Source: Candidatus Hydrogenedentota bacterium (GTDB taxonomy: Bacteria; Hydrogenedentota; Hydrogenedentia; Hydrogenedentales; SLHB01). From it: DNA of 64,000 nucleotides. Every line of letters begins with the position of its first letter. Position 1 is the first letter of the stretch. The stretch is taken from NCBI GenBank assembly GCA_029974275.1, contig JARKSN010000339.1, forward strand, positions 17,233-81,232, written 5' to 3'. This document shows positions 1 to 13,038 of this stretch, piece by piece. Made by a program: the position numbers and the translations under genes. The notes beneath the pieces were generated by a model, which searched no databases, was not told the origin of the DNA, and worked only from the letters and a program-made list of their open reading frames with translations.

Positions 1-1848
1 GATGCGGGGCGTGGCCCGGTCCGCGAGCGGCAATAACGCGGCGGTTTCCTCCCGCAGCGTCTTCAGCGCGACAATTTTCCCGGGATCGCCCGGTCCCCAC
101 GAAAAAGCGCCGTATTCCATCTGGCCGTACGCGCCGACCCAGCGGTACCCCAGCATGTCGAGCCGTTTGTGGATCTCCGCCATGTGCGCCGCGATCCTGG
201 AGGGATACATGCGCGCCGCCATATCCGCGAAGAAAGCGTCCGCCGTCAGGCCGCGCTGCCATGCCGAATCAACGAGAAAGGCGAGGTTCTCGGCAATGTC
301 CCGCGTGCGCCAGTGAATGCCGAGCAGTCCCTGGCTGCCGCTCTGCTCGACGTCGCGCACGAGAAGCTCGTAGGTGTGCACATACGGCTGTGCGTGCCAC
401 TGGTCACCGTCCCACTCCAGCCACGGAATGGGCCAGCGTTCGCGATCCGGCGGAAGATCGTGGTAGATCCGGTCCACGCGCGGTTTTGGATTGATGAAGT
501 CGAGCGAAGCGAACACGACGTCCTTGGGCAGAAGCTTGTCGAGCCCCTCGTAATATTCAGCGGACAATAGACGATCGTCGCCGCCCCAGCCGGAAAGCAC
601 CAGCCTTGGTTGCGGGGTTCGGCGGGCGAGAACGCGATAGGCCAGCTGCGCAAACTGTTCGAAGCGGGCGCCTTCGCGGGCACGGGACTGCGCCCCTGCG
701 GCGGTCTTGTCGAAGAACGCGGGATCGCCTGCTTGGGCATGAATGATACGGCTAAACGCATCGCTCCGGCCCAGCTCGTAGGCGTCCATCGTCTTGGAGC
801 CGTTCCAATGCCCGAAGGCCCCCACCATCTCGGGTTGCCATATCCAGACATACTCCACGGCGGGATACGTGTCGAGCAGGCAGGCCAGGCGTTCTGTGAA
901 GACGTCGCGCGTGGCCGCATCGAAGGGGTCGCCGGAGAACTCGAAGCCGATGCATGTGTGCAGCCCCCTGCGGCGGGCATAGTCGAGCGCATCGCGCAGG
1001 ATGGCCTGTTGCGCCCGAATGGCTTCGTCCCTCGTGGCGCCTGTCAGCGTCGATTCCGCGCCGAAGTAATCGGCTCCATAGAACAGGTCCGTGCCAAAGG
1101 CGAAGTCCCGGCTGGAAACGGCTTTGGAACCCCACGTCGGCGTGGCCGTATTGACCAGCGGTTCACCCAGCTTCATCGCGCCGTCCGGTCCGGCATAGGC
1201 CGCAAAGGGTTCGCTGTCGTACGTGTGGAAACCTACAAAATTGGCCCCCATGCGCAGCAGTTGGTCCACAAAGGCCCGGTGATCGATCGGGTCCCAAGCG
1301 GTCGGGCTGTTGAAGAAGTTGTACCAGGGAAGAACGCCGCGAATGTCGCGGGAAGGGCGGTGGCACTGCGGAGTGTCGTCAAGTTGTTCGGGTAGCGTGG
1401 CGGGCGCGGACTCGTCGCCGAGATAAAAGCCGTATCCCAGCCGACGCAACAGTCCGTACTGCCCGTTGACGGCGCCTTCCGAAGTATTGGCGGCGGCGAT
1501 CGCGACGCGCACGCCGTGGAGCGTGAAACCGGAGAGCACGTATCCCTGTGTGCCCGCCTGGCTCCAGTCGAAAGGAAAACCTTCGAGCAGGGCATTGTTT
1601 CCGGGCGTTCCCGTGACCACCGCCGGGACTGGCCGGCGCGCCCACTCCGCCGCGGTCATCACGTGCGGCATCTTTCCGGTCACTTGGGCCAAATACCGCT
1701 GAAGGTCAACGGTGGCGAGCCGTTCGGCTTCCGATTGGTCGCCTGTGACGATAGCGCCCCAGGGTGTCGCGGCGGCGAAGCCGTTCACCGAAATCAGCGT
1801 GACGACAGCGACGGCGAAAAGGCGACTGAGCGGTTGCGAGATGAACAT
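1..1848 (-). CDS. Secreted glycoside-hydrolase-like protein, 3'-truncated by window edge
   Basis: Not in ORF track because it runs off the window. GGAGG RBS then MFISQPLSRLFAVAVVTLISVNGFAA (signal peptide), hexosaminidase-domain-2-like segment (ERLATVDLQRYLAQVTG...GYVL...GQYGLLRRLG), then IRGVLPWYNFFNSPTAWD...LLRMGANFVGFH. Read by hand for the first ~215 codons. Confidence 0.7.
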   Translation of the reverse strand, partial: MFISQPLSRLFAVAVVTLISVNGFAAATPWGAIVTGDQSEAERLATVDLQRYLAQVTGKMPHVMTAAEWARRPVPAVVTGTPGNNALLEGFPFDWSQAGTQGYVLSGFTLHGVRVAIAAANTSEGAVNGQYGLLRRLGYGFYLGDESAPATLPEQLDDTPQCHRPSRDIRGVLPWYNFFNSPTAWDPIDHRAFVDQLLRMGANFVGFHTYDSEPFAAYAGPDGAMKLGEPLVNTATPTWGSKAVSSRDFAFGTDLFYGADYFGAESTLTGATRDEAIRAQQAILRDALDYARRRGLHTCIGFEFSGDPFDAATRDVFTERLACLLDTYPAVEYVWIWQPEMVGAFGHWNGSKTMDAYELGRSDAFSRIIHAQAGDPAFFDKTAAGAQSRAREGARFEQFAQLAYRVLARRTPQPRLVLSGWGGDDRLLSAEYYEGLDKLLPKDVVFASLDFINPKPRVDRIYHDLPPDRERWPIPWLEWDGDQWHAQPYVHTYELLVRDVEQSGSQGLLGIHWRTRDIAENLAFLVDSAWQRGLTADAFFADMAARMYPSRIAAHMAEIHKRLDMLGYRWVGAYGQMEYGAFSWGPGDPGKIVALKTLREETAALLPLADRATPRI

Positions 1849-2039
1849 GACCGGTCCTCCCTCTTTGGCGCAGGCCGATTCTACCACACCTTGGTTCCGG
1901 CGATGTTGCACATGCTTCGGCTCTTTTTTAGGCGGGCGGGAAAATCGCTGAAACCACGCCCGCGTCCATTGCCCGCAGTGTGCTAGACTAAGGACGTAGC
2001 GCCAGGCACGGACAGAGCGACGAAGGAGGCCCCACACCT

Positions 2040-3230
2040 ATGAATTGGCGATGGCTCATCTCTGCGCTCGTAGTTGCGGCATTAGTCGGCTGCGGACGCT
2101 CGCACGAACGCGCGACAACAGAGGCGATAGTCGCCACGGCGGCACACGTCTCCACCGAAACCGTGACCCAAGGGAGCATTCCGGCGTCGTACGAGGCAAC
2201 CGGGACCGTCCGCTCGAAGATTGCCGCCGCGGTGCAGAGCAAGATTGTCGCCCACGTCGCCACTGTGTTGGTGAGCGAAGGGCAGCTTGTGGAAGCGGGC
2301 GCCCCGCTTGCCGTGCTGGATGCTCGCGAAGTTGAGGCGCAACGTGCCCAAGCGCAGGGCGTTGTGGCCGAAGCGCGCAGCGCCGGCAGCGAAACAGAGC
2401 AGATGATGCGGGCCGCGCAGGCAATGTTGGAAGGCGCCCAATCCGAAGCGGCGCTGGCCGATGCAACGTTTGAACGGTATAAGGGCCTGCGCGAAAAAGG
2501 GGCCATCAGTCAACAGGCCCTCGACGAGGCGCAGGCGAAACAACGCGCCGCGGCGGCGGAGGCGCGCCGGGCCATGGAGAACCTGCGCGCCATGGGCAGC
2601 CGAAAAGGCGAGGTCGCAGCCCGCAAGGCACAAGCAGAGGCCGCTTTGGCGCAAGCGCAAACGTTTCGAGATTATGCCTCCATTCTGTCGCCGCTCAAAG
2701 GCATTGTGACCCGGAAGGCCGTCGACCCGGGCGATCTTGCCTCGCCTGGCGTCGTGCTTTTTGAGGTGGAAGACAACGAACGCCTCCGGCTCGAAGCGCT
2801 GGTTGACGAAACCCATGCGCGTGCCGTTTCCACAGGCCAATCGGTGTCGGTGCGAATCGATGCCGTAGGCGCGTTGCCTCTAGCGGGGACCATTTCAGAG
2901 ATCACGCCTTCCGCCGATCCCGCTAGCCGCACGGTTGCCGTAAAAGTGGACTTGCCGCCCACGCCCAACCTGCTCTCGGGCATGTTCGGACGTCTGCTGA
3001 TCGCATCGGGGGAACGGCAAGCGATTACAATTCCTGCAAGCGCCCTCGTCGAACGAGGTCAGTTGACCGGCGTTTATGTCGTAGACGCGGAAAAGATGGC
3101 GCGGTTCCGACTCGTCACCGCGGGCAAGCGCGTGGGCGACCGCGTGGAAATCCTGTCAGGGCTCGACCCCGGCGTGGTGATTGTGACGGACAACGTAGAT
3201 CGCGTGGCCGACGGCACGCGCATCCTATAG
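2040..3230 (+). CDS. RND efflux periplasmic adaptor (membrane fusion) lipoprotein
   Basis: Lipobox-like LVGC, lipoyl half-motif V.V.EGQ.V.AG, coiled coil, SPLKGIVT, VEILSGL; GGAGG RBS. Confidence 0.92.
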   Translation: MNWRWLISALVVAALVGCGRSHERATTEAIVATAAHVSTETVTQGSIPASYEATGTVRSKIAAAVQSKIVAHVATVLVSEGQLVEAGAPLAVLDAREVEAQRAQAQGVVAEARSAGSETEQMMRAAQAMLEGAQSEAALADATFERYKGLREKGAISQQALDEAQAKQRAAAAEARRAMENLRAMGSRKGEVAARKAQAEAALAQAQTFRDYASILSPLKGIVTRKAVDPGDLASPGVVLFEVEDNERLRLEALVDETHARAVSTGQSVSVRIDAVGALPLAGTISEITPSADPASRTVAVKVDLPPTPNLLSGMFGRLLIASGERQAITIPASALVERGQLTGVYVVDAEKMARFRLVTAGKRVGDRVEILSGLDPGVVIVTDNVDRVADGTRIL

Positions 3231-3242
3231 GGCGGCCGCGAC

Positions 3243-6200
3243 ATGAACACCTCGGACGCCTCCCCCTCGCCTCAACATCTCGGCATTGCCGGGCAGATCG
3301 CGCGGGCGTTCATCAACTCCAAACTCACCTCGTTGTTCATCGCGGCGTCCGTGCTGCTGGGCGCTGGCGCCGTCATCTTGCTGCCGCGCGAAGAAGAACC
3401 CCAGATCGTCGTGCCGATGATCGACGTGTTCGTGCAAATGCCCGGCGCCGGCGCGCAAGAGGTCGAGGAACGCATCACCAAGCCCATGGAAAAACTGCTG
3501 TGGGAAGTGCCAGGCGTCGAATACATTTATACGACCTCGCAACCCGGCGGCCTGTTGGCTATCGTGCGTTTTTACGTGGGGCAGGACGAGGAAAAGTCCA
3601 TTGTTCGGCTCAATCAGAAGCTCTACGCGAACTACGACCTGATTCCGCCCGGGGCAAGTCAGCCGATCGTGAAGCCGCGATCGATCGACGACGTGCCGGT
3701 TCTCGCGTTGACCCTGTCCAGCTCGCGTTACGATCACTTCACGCTCCGACGTATCGCCGCACAGTTGCATGACGCCATCAAGGCCATCCCCAACGTCTCC
3801 GAGGCAAAACTGATCGGCGGCCAACGTCGTCAACTCCGCGTAGTGCTGGATCCCGCTCGCATGGCCGCGCGCGGCGTCGCCCCGGAGCCCATCGCGCAGG
3901 TGTTGGTTCAGGCCAATACCCGCGCAAAAGCGGGCTCTTTTGCCTCGAACAACAAGGAATTCCTGGTCGAAGCCGGCAATTTGCTGTCCGATGCAGAGTC
4001 GATCGGCAACGTGGTGGTGGGGGTGTACAGCGACCGCCCAGTTTACCTGCGCGATGTAGCCGATATCCTCGATGGCCCGGAGGAACCGGCGGATTACGTC
4101 TTCTTGTCGCACGGCGCCGCGGCGGAATCGAGCCGTGTGATCGGAGGGCCAGCGCCCGATGCGTCCCCAAGCGCCGCGCCGGAGGCCGCCGTGACCATTA
4201 CAGTGGCAAAGCGCAAAGGCGCGAACGCCATCGTGGTTGCCGACGCGGTCATTGCCAAAACCGAGGAACTCCAAGGCATCATCGTGCCGGCGGATGTGCG
4301 CACAACCATCACGCGCAACTACGGAGCCACTGCGGAGGAAAAATCGAACGAACTCCTCTACCACATGGCTTTGGCCATTTTCAGCGTCTCCCTGCTCATC
4401 GCGTTTTTCCTGGGCTTTCGGGAAGCGCTTATCGTGGGCATCGCGATTCCCGTGACGCTGGCGCTCACACTCGTCGTCTTTTACTTCTATGGCTACACCC
4501 TCAACCGGGTGACCTTGTTCGCGCTCATTTTCTCGATCGGCATTCTCGTCGACGACGCGATCGTCGTGCTCGAGAACATTGTGCGCCACCGCCATCTGCC
4601 GGAAAATGCGGATCGCTCGCTGATGGACATCGCGGTCGAAGCCACAAGCGAGGTTGGCAACCCCACCCTGCTTGCCACGGCGGCCGTCATTGGGGCCGTG
4701 CTGCCGATGGCCTTTGTGCGCGGGCTGATGGGGCCGTACATGGAACCGATCCCTGTGGGCGCTTCGGCGGCGATGCTGTTTTCGGTGTTTGTTTCGTTCA
4801 TGGTGACCCCGTGGGCGGCCGTGCGTTTGCTTCATCGCTCGCTCACGCCGCAACGCGCCTATCGCAACCTTTTTGCGCGGGGGCCATTCAAGCGGCGGGT
4901 CGCCGAAAAACAGCCAGCTCCTCATTCGGCGCATCACCACGAGACATGGATGGATCGCCTCTACCGCCGAATTATGCGCCCGCTCATCGTTCGCCCCGTC
5001 TATCGCTATGGCTTTTTGTGCGGCGTTACGCTCTTGCTCTTGGCGTCATGCATGCTCGTCCCGCTGAAGCTGGTAATGGTCAAGATGCTCCCGTTTGACA
5101 ACAAGAGCGAGTTCCAGATCATCATCGACATGCCGGAAGGCGCCCCCCTTGAGCAAACCGCCGCCGTCGCGCGCGACATCGCCGAGTATGTGCGCACCGT
5201 GCCGGAAGTCACGGACATCCAGACGTACATCGGCACGGCGTCGCCGTATAACTTCAACGGCCTTGTGCGCCATTATTTCCTGCGGCGCGGGGGCAACGTG
5301 GCCGATCTGCAGGTCAACCTGGCTCCGCGCGAAGCGCGCACGCGCCAAAGCCACGACATCGCGAAAGCCGTGCGCCCGAATGTCCAAGCCATTGCCGAGC
5401 GGTTTCACGCGCGAATCAAGGTGGCCGAGGCGCCCCCCGGGCCGCCGGTGCTGCAGACTCTCGTAGCGGAGATATATGGCCCGAACTATAGCCGTCAAAT
5501 GGAACTGGCGCGGCAGGTCCGCGACATATTCGACAGGACCGCGGGCGTGGTGGACGTCGATTGGTATGTTGAGGACGATCAAACGAAGTACGTTTTCGCC
5601 GTCGACCAGGAAAAAGCCGCGCTCAATGGCGTGTCCGTCGCGCACGTGCAAACAACGCTGCAGGTGGCGCTCGACGGAATGAACACGGGGCTGGCGCATT
5701 TCCCGAAGGAAAAAGAAGATGTGCCCATTACGCTGCGGATTGCCCGCGCACAACGATCGAGCCTCGAGGATCTCAAGGCGATCAAGGTGCAAGGTCGGCA
5801 AGGCAATAGTGTTTCGTTGGGCGAATTGGTCCGCATAGAGGAAGTGGTGCAGGACAAGAGCATCTACCACAAGAATCTCATGCCGGTGGTATACGTGACC
5901 GGCGACGTGGCGGGCGCGGCCGAGAGCCCGGTCTATGCGATGCTGAGCTTGATGCCCGGCGTGGGCGCGATCAAGTTGCCGGAAGGCTATGCGTTCGAAC
6001 AGCGTTTGACGACGCAGCCGCCGACCATGGAGAAGTTCGCCATGAAGTGGGATGGCGAATGGCACATTACCTATGAAGTGTTTCGCGATCTGGGCATCGC
6101 GTTCGCCGCCGTGTTGGTATTGATCTTCATGCTCGTCGTCGGCTGGTTCCAATCCCTCAAGACGCCGTTCGTCATTCTGGCGGCCGTTCCTTTTTCGCTC

Positions 6201-6554
6201 ATCGGGATTCTGCCGGCGCATTGGGCGACGGGCGCGTTTTTCACCGCGACTTCCATGATCGGGTTCATCGCGGGCGCGGGCATAGTCGTGCGCAACTCGA
6301 TTATTCTGGTGGACTTTATCGAATTGCGCCTGACGCAGGGCATGCCGCTTGCCGAGGCCGTCGTGGACGCCGGAGCGGTGCGTTTTCGCCCGATGTTGTT
6401 GACGGCGGCGGCGGTTGTGGTCGGGGCGTCGGTGATCCTGTCCGACCCTATCTTCCAAGGCCTTGCCCTCTCGCTGATGGCCGGAGAAGTGGCGTCGCTG
6501 TTGCTGTCGCGCATGGCGGTGCCGATTTTGTACTATTTGCTGATGCGGCGTTGA
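3243..6554 (+). CDS. RND efflux permease (AcrB/AcrD/AcrF family)
   Basis: 1103 aa, [38 protein letters not shown] motifs. Confidence 0.95.
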   Translation: MNTSDASPSPQHLGIAGQIARAFINSKLTSLFIAASVLLGAGAVILLPREEEPQIVVPMIDVFVQMPGAGAQEVEERITKPMEKLLWEVPGVEYIYTTSQPGGLLAIVRFYVGQDEEKSIVRLNQKLYANYDLIPPGASQPIVKPRSIDDVPVLALTLSSSRYDHFTLRRIAAQLHDAIKAIPNVSEAKLIGGQRRQLRVVLDPARMAARGVAPEPIAQVLVQANTRAKAGSFASNNKEFLVEAGNLLSDAESIGNVVVGVYSDRPVYLRDVADILDGPEEPADYVFLSHGAAAESSRVIGGPAPDASPSAAPEAAVTITVAKRKGANAIVVADAVIAKTEELQGIIVPADVRTTITRNYGATAEEKSNELLYHMALAIFSVSLLIAFFLGFREALIVGIAIPVTLALTLVVFYFYGYTLNRVTLFALIFSIGILVDDAIVVLENIVRHRHLPENADRSLMDIAVEATSEVGNPTLLATAAVIGAVLPMAFVRGLMGPYMEPIPVGASAAMLFSVFVSFMVTPWAAVRLLHRSLTPQRAYRNLFARGPFKRRVAEKQPAPHSAHHHETWMDRLYRRIMRPLIVRPVYRYGFLCGVTLLLLASCMLVPLKLVMVKMLPFDNKSEFQIIIDMPEGAPLEQTAAVARDIAEYVRTVPEVTDIQTYIGTASPYNFNGLVRHYFLRRGGNVADLQVNLAPREARTRQSHDIAKAVRPNVQAIAERFHARIKVAEAPPGPPVLQTLVAEIYGPNYSRQMELARQVRDIFDRTAGVVDVDWYVEDDQTKYVFAVDQEKAALNGVSVAHVQTTLQVALDGMNTGLAHFPKEKEDVPITLRIARAQRSSLEDLKAIKVQGRQGNSVSLGELVRIEEVVQDKSIYHKNLMPVVYVTGDVAGAAESPVYAMLSLMPGVGAIKLPEGYAFEQRLTTQPPTMEKFAMKWDGEWHITYEVFRDLGIAFAAVLVLIFMLVVGWFQSLKTPFVILAAVPFSLIGILPAHWATGAFFTATSMIGFIAGAGIVVRNSIILVDFIELRLTQGMPLAEAVVDAGAVRFRPMLLTAAAVVVGASVILSDPIFQGLALSLMAGEVASLLLSRMAVPILYYLLMRR

Positions 6555-6616
6555 TTGGGCGCGGGAATCAGAACCCACCCCGCAACTCAGGTTGGCGTCT
6601 TCAGAACCGGCGGTTG

Positions 6617-8290
6617 TCAGAAATTCTTCGACCGGAGGATGGAGACGATCAATCCGAGACCGAGAAGGCCGGCGAGCGTGTATCCGGTGAGCCCAATCCA
6701 GCGCAGCCCCACGTTGGCGGCAAGCAACAGGCTGGAGCCGACAATGATCGAGCCGGTGATCACGCCGAACGCGATCCGGTTGCTGGCGCGGTCGGCTGCG
6801 GCGGCCAATTGGTCCAGTTTTTCGTGATGCAGCTGTATCTTGAGGCGTCCCCGCCGCAACAGACTCACCAGTTGAAAGAATTCCTGCGGGAAATCGCCGG
6901 CGACCGACAGCAGCGTTTCTGCGCGGGCGCTGATTTCGTGCAGCAGGCGGCGGGGGCGAAAACGCCGCGCGATGATCCGTTCGATGTGCGGCCGCATGAC
7001 GGGGAGCATGTCGAGATCGGGGTCGAGAACATGGGCGGTGGACTCGATTGTCATGAGAGCCTTGAGCAACAAGGAAAAACGGGGAGCCAATTGCAGCCCA
7101 TGTCGCCGCAGAATGCCCACCAGCCGTTCGATGGCCTTGCCGAATTGGCCGCTGCTCATGATCGCCTGGGCTTCGAACGCCATGTATTCGGCCACTTCGT
7201 GGCGGAGCATGTCGGGGCGTTCGGCATCTCCGGAAATCGTGAATTGCAGCAGGGCGCTGGCGGCATCCCCTGCATCTTCGCGGTACAACGCCCGCAACAG
7301 CGTCGCTATCGTCCGGACATCGCGTTGTTCGAGATGTCCCACCATCCCGTAGTCGAGAAACGTGATGCGATTATCCGACGTAAGCAGGATGTTGCCGGGA
7401 TGCGGGTCGCCGTGGAATAGCCGGAATTCGAATATCTGCCGGCACAGCGTGTCGCCGCCGATGCGCGCGACGGCCTTGGGATCGGAACAGCGCGCGGGAT
7501 ACTCGTCCAGCGCGTCCACGCGCACCCCGTCCACCCAGTCCATCGTGAGCGTCGTGTGCGACCCGAACGCGGCATATGCGCGCGGAACGATGACATGCGG
7601 ACTCTCGGCATAATTCGCGCGGAATCGTTCGATGACGCGCGCTTCGATCGTGAAATCCATTTCGCGGCGGATGGTTCTCGAAAACTCCTCGACGACGGCG
7701 GGCGGGTCCATCCACGCCAGATCGTGAACATGCTCGGATATCCAGTCGGCTATGCTGTGCAGCAGGCGTAAGTCGGCCTCGACGATCGTCTCGATGTTGG
7801 GGCGCCGGACCTTCACGGCCACCGGCGTGCCGTCGTGGAGGCGCGCCTTGTACACTTGACTGATGGAGCCCGCCGCGACGGGCGTCGGATCGAACGCGAC
7901 GAAACATTCCTCGACGGTTCTGCCCAGCCCCTGTTCGAGTTCCGCGCGGATTTCCTCAAACGGCACGGCATCCACATGGTCTTGGAGCGAGCCGAGCGCG
8001 TCGCTCGTCTCCTTGCCGACCAGGTCCGCGCGCGTGCTCAACACCTGGCCGAGTTTCACGAAGGTCGGCCCCAGCTCCGTAAATACGGCGCGAAGCCGCT
8101 CGCCCCAGGTATGGGGCAGGCGTTCCGGAGGCGGCGCGGGCAGGATCGGCCGCAAGACCTTGGCCGGGATTCCTTCGTACACGCCCAATCGCTGCAGGAG
8201 ATCCGTGAACCCGTGACGGACCAGCACCCGCACCACTTCGGCCAGGCGCGCCGCGGTGCCCGCGCGTTTGGACAAGGCCCAATAGTTCAT
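6617..8290 (-). CDS. ABC1/UbiB (AarF) family protein kinase
   Basis: LGPTFVKLGQ, AAGSISQVY, VAVKVRRP, FHGDPHPGN, LDYGMVG motifs; C-terminal TM pair. Confidence 0.93.
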   Translation of the reverse strand: MNYWALSKRAGTAARLAEVVRVLVRHGFTDLLQRLGVYEGIPAKVLRPILPAPPPERLPHTWGERLRAVFTELGPTFVKLGQVLSTRADLVGKETSDALGSLQDHVDAVPFEEIRAELEQGLGRTVEECFVAFDPTPVAAGSISQVYKARLHDGTPVAVKVRRPNIETIVEADLRLLHSIADWISEHVHDLAWMDPPAVVEEFSRTIRREMDFTIEARVIERFRANYAESPHVIVPRAYAAFGSHTTLTMDWVDGVRVDALDEYPARCSDPKAVARIGGDTLCRQIFEFRLFHGDPHPGNILLTSDNRITFLDYGMVGHLEQRDVRTIATLLRALYREDAGDAASALLQFTISGDAERPDMLRHEVAEYMAFEAQAIMSSGQFGKAIERLVGILRRHGLQLAPRFSLLLKALMTIESTAHVLDPDLDMLPVMRPHIERIIARRFRPRRLLHEISARAETLLSVAGDFPQEFFQLVSLLRRGRLKIQLHHEKLDQLAAAADRASNRIAFGVITGSIIVGSSLLLAANVGLRWIGLTGYTLAGLLGLGLIVSILRSKNF

Positions 8291-8358
8291 GTCCGGCTTC
8301 TCCTTTACTGCCGCCCTGCGACGCTTTCAAAACGGCGAGGCTTTGCGCAGTCCGGCGG

Positions 8359-8940
8359 TCATGGCGTTGAGAGAGCCGCCTCGATAGGTTTGTCGTCGAG
8401 GTAAAGTCCCGTGATGACGCCTGTGCCGCGCAAAACGCGGAAGGTGATGTGGACCGAGGACGTTCGGATGCGTTCCCGATACATTCTTTCCGCTTCGGGG
8501 GCCGCGCTCTCCTCCATGTAATATCGCTCGAACGGCCAGACGATGTCCGTCTTGGGAGCCTCGCGCGGCTGTCGCTGCGCATGCGGATTCAGCCGCACCG
8601 CGAGGTAATTGTCCGTATCGGGGGGCGTCAACGAGACTGATGCCACCGTCGCGAACCCCTCGGAATCCGATTCGAGGACGGCATAGGCTTTCTGTTGGCG
8701 CTTCAGTGGATCGCTCGTTGGCGGCGGCGCTTCCGCGACGTCAAAATTCAGCCTCACGTAACGGCCTCGAAATGCGTCGTACGGGTCCACGGGTTGGGCC
8801 CGCAGTTTGTACTCCTTGCCATGGCGAATCGTCATTTCCCGATGCAGGATCATATTCGCGGGAACGGCCAGTTGAACGAGCGCGAGAACGACGAACGCCG
8901 GCAGCAGGATGGTGCGTTTCCATGGCGCGCCTGGTTTCAT
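8359..8940 (-). CDS. GDYXXLXY-family membrane-anchored protein
   Basis: Start MKPGAPW overlaps upstream stop (ATGA); PVDPYDAFRGRYVRLNF and RYYMEE..A motifs; usual partner of DUF2157. Confidence 0.85.
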   Translation of the reverse strand: MKPGAPWKRTILLPAFVVLALVQLAVPANMILHREMTIRHGKEYKLRAQPVDPYDAFRGRYVRLNFDVAEAPPPTSDPLKRQQKAYAVLESDSEGFATVASVSLTPPDTDNYLAVRLNPHAQRQPREAPKTDIVWPFERYYMEESAAPEAERMYRERIRTSSVHITFRVLRGTGVITGLYLDDKPIEAALSTP

Positions 8941-10259
8941 GTGATTGCCCCCTTGCGGGTCGCCGTGCGCCGCACCAGCGCCACGTTGGCTCCCAGAAAT
9001 GCGATCCCCAACGCAATGAACAGGATGCCCCGCACCGTGAAGCTGAGGTCGGCATCGAAAAAGCGAACGATGATGAGCATCGAAATCACGGCCATGCCGG
9101 CGTTTATCGTGTACAGCTCGTTCCGATCGAGGCCGACTAACAAGATCGTCGCGCCCCAGAAGAGCGCATATAGATTGAATCCGCCTATGATCACGCCGGA
9201 CGGCACATCCATGGAGCAGGCGGAAAAACCAATGGCCGCCAGCGCCGCCAAGCCTCCCGACGCCGTCGCGATCCAATCTTTCCGGCTCGCGCTGCGCACC
9301 AGCATCAGCGCGGCTCCGGCCAACAGCGCCAGCGCCAGGCCATAATCCTGCCACGCGGCCCAGGGATGATACCCGTCTCCCGAACGGTAGTGATTCCATC
9401 CGACATGGCGCCATACGCCGTCAAATGTCAGGATCAGCGTCAGCGCCGCCGATCCAATGAAACCAGCAATGTGAAAAGCGTTGAACCGGACCGCGCGAAA
9501 CGGGCCGCGTCCCGCCAACAACATCGCCGAAAATAAAGCGCTATACACGACGATCCACACGCCCGGCATGCTTCGCTCGATCACAAATCCTGTCGCAATC
9601 GATGCGGCCCCGCAGAGCCCCCACGACAACAGCCGCATCCGCGGTCCTTCCGGATCCTGCTTGTGCGCGCGCCAGATGTGCGGCGCCAACAACGCTGCCA
9701 AGGGCCAGAACAACAGCGCATGGCCTCCTTCCGCCTGCGCCGCAACGGCCCATCCCGTCAGCCCCGCCATGTAAAGCAGCGCCACGCCGGATGCGTTGAA
9801 GAAGTGGATTAGCGGGCCGCCCAACAGGATCCATGCCAGCAGAAACCCGCTCATGCTCCCCTGGATTTGATACGTCTGGCTGATAAGCGAGATGCTGGCG
9901 CCCACGGCCAACGCCATCGCCATCGCGCTTCCCTCCCGCCAAGCGAGCGATCCGGGCCGACGAAGCAGCGTCCACCCCGCAAGCGTCTGTCCGGCAACCA
10001 GCGGCAGAAACGACAAGACCGTTCGCATGGGCCGGCTCAACTGCTCCCAGTTATGCGCCAGCAGCAGGATGACGCCCAAGCCGATCGACGCCGCCCCCAA
10101 AACGCTGAACAGCAGCAAGGCCGCGCTCCGCCGCGATCGAATCGTTATCGGCCCGTAATGCGCTTTCAACGCGGCGGCCGTCTCGCGGGGGAGAACGCCG
10201 GCCTCTTCCAACTGGGGCATTTCTCCGTACAGCCATGCGATCGCTTTTTGCCTGTTCAT
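8937..10259 (-). CDS. DUF2157 membrane protein
   Basis: GVILLLAHNWEQL, SLISQTYQI motifs, multiple TM helices. Confidence 0.88.
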   Translation of the reverse strand: MNRQKAIAWLYGEMPQLEEAGVLPRETAAALKAHYGPITIRSRRSAALLLFSVLGAASIGLGVILLLAHNWEQLSRPMRTVLSFLPLVAGQTLAGWTLLRRPGSLAWREGSAMAMALAVGASISLISQTYQIQGSMSGFLLAWILLGGPLIHFFNASGVALLYMAGLTGWAVAAQAEGGHALLFWPLAALLAPHIWRAHKQDPEGPRMRLLSWGLCGAASIATGFVIERSMPGVWIVVYSALFSAMLLAGRGPFRAVRFNAFHIAGFIGSAALTLILTFDGVWRHVGWNHYRSGDGYHPWAAWQDYGLALALLAGAALMLVRSASRKDWIATASGGLAALAAIGFSACSMDVPSGVIIGGFNLYALFWGATILLVGLDRNELYTINAGMAVISMLIIVRFFDADLSFTVRGILFIALGIAFLGANVALVRRTATRKGAIT

Positions 10260-10391
10260 GCCCTGATTCTCCTCTCGCGGCGCACATCACGAGGACGCGC
10301 TAGCATTGTAGGCGAACGGTACGCACGCATGATACCTCACGGGCCTGCGCAATCGCATGCAAAAACATGCCGGACCGGACGCGTCTGGCCG

Positions 10392-11687
10392 CTAGGGGCG
10401 ATCCTGCTCTACGGATTCGGGATGCGCCTTCGTCGATGCGTTGGCGAGCATGACGCGCAACTCGCGCTGCGTTTCGGCCCATGCCCGGATGAGCGGCGTG
10501 TTGCGTGCGCAGGCGTAGGCCTCGCACAAGGAAGGATCCGCGCCTGGCGCGTCGGCGCTGTTGCGGATAGGAACGCTCCCGCGCGCCATCGCGCTGGCGT
10601 CGCCCGCGGTTGAGGCGAGGAAATCAAGGGTGGCGGCGATCGCCTCGCGCCTCGCGGCGGCATGACGGCGAAACGCCACGATCGCGTCGTCGGAAAGCAT
10701 CGAGATGGGCCCATTTTTGCCCGGAACGGGCGCCACGGTGAACGCGACGTCCGCCTGGCGCAGCGTGGGCAAATAGGCGGACGACGCCACGGTCATCGCG
10801 ACTTCGCCGCGCAGAAAACGTTGCATGCCCGCGTCGGGATCGAGCATGGCGTCCTGGGGCGCATCGCCGCGACGCGTCAGCGATAGCACGAACTCCAACG
10901 CCTCCAATGCCTCGGGATCGTTCAGCGCCGCCTTGCCGTCTTTGACGACATCGCCGCCGGCAGACCACAACGCCTCCAAAAAAGGATAGTGGCCCACCGG
11001 CCAGAAGCGATCCGTTTTTTCTTTCCCTCCCCGCAGTTCCTTGGCGACGGCGCGCAGTTCATCCCAGGTGCGCGGAGGCGTTGAAACGCGATCGGAGCGG
11101 CAGAAAAGCGCCGAGCAGAATCCATCGGCGGGAAGGGCATAGAGCCTGCCGTGGACCGTCATGGACGCCCGCGCGACAGGGTGAAGGTCGCGCGTCAACG
11201 CGTCGGGCAAATACCCGTCAAGCGGCTGAAGACGCCCGCTGTGCGCGAGCGCGGCCAGCCACGAGCGCTTGACCAACGCGATGTCCGGCAAGTCTCCCGC
11301 GGCCAGCGACACCGTGAGCTTCTGGACCGCCGCGCCCCAATCGCCAAGGAATTGCGTCTCGACAGCGAACGGGGCATGCGATGCGCGCCACGACGCGAAC
11401 GATCCGTTGGGGGCGAATGCAGGCGAGATCAACGGGTGCGCATAATGCCAGATGACGGCGCGATTCTCGGGAGGGTCGTCTGCGTCGGCAGAACGATCCG
11501 GGCCTGCCGTTTCGCCGTCATGCCGGGCGAGAATGCGGTCGATGCGCTCCGAGGCGCGGTTCAGGGCTTCGGCAGGCGCGAGGGTTTGTTCCCGCATGCA
11601 CCCCGCCAACGCGAGGGCGGACGCGAAAACAATCATGGCCGCGCGCCGTTTCTTCGGCGTGCGGCCATGACAAACACGATGCTTCAT
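10392..11687 (-). CDS. Extracellular solute-binding lipoprotein (sugar-type ABC, family 1)
   Basis: LAGC lipobox, LAAGDLPDIA, GRLYALP, PPRTWDEL motifs; start uncertain (11687 or 11636). Confidence 0.8.
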   Translation of the reverse strand: MKHRVCHGRTPKKRRAAMIVFASALALAGCMREQTLAPAEALNRASERIDRILARHDGETAGPDRSADADDPPENRAVIWHYAHPLISPAFAPNGSFASWRASHAPFAVETQFLGDWGAAVQKLTVSLAAGDLPDIALVKRSWLAALAHSGRLQPLDGYLPDALTRDLHPVARASMTVHGRLYALPADGFCSALFCRSDRVSTPPRTWDELRAVAKELRGGKEKTDRFWPVGHYPFLEALWSAGGDVVKDGKAALNDPEALEALEFVLSLTRRGDAPQDAMLDPDAGMQRFLRGEVAMTVASSAYLPTLRQADVAFTVAPVPGKNGPISMLSDDAIVAFRRHAAARREAIAATLDFLASTAGDASAMARGSVPIRNSADAPGADPSLCEAYACARNTPLIRAWAETQRELRVMLANASTKAHPESVEQDRP

Positions 11688-11695
11688 GCAGGGGC

Positions 11696-12988
<1,293 letters not shown>

Positions 12989-13038
12989 CTATCGCGCTCC
13001 TTCATATTCGAATCGTCCAAGCGCATGTCTCGCTTGCC

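Noticed and set aside
2040..6554. RND pair lacking an outer-membrane factor as a novelty
   Set aside because: TolC-like partners are commonly encoded elsewhere.
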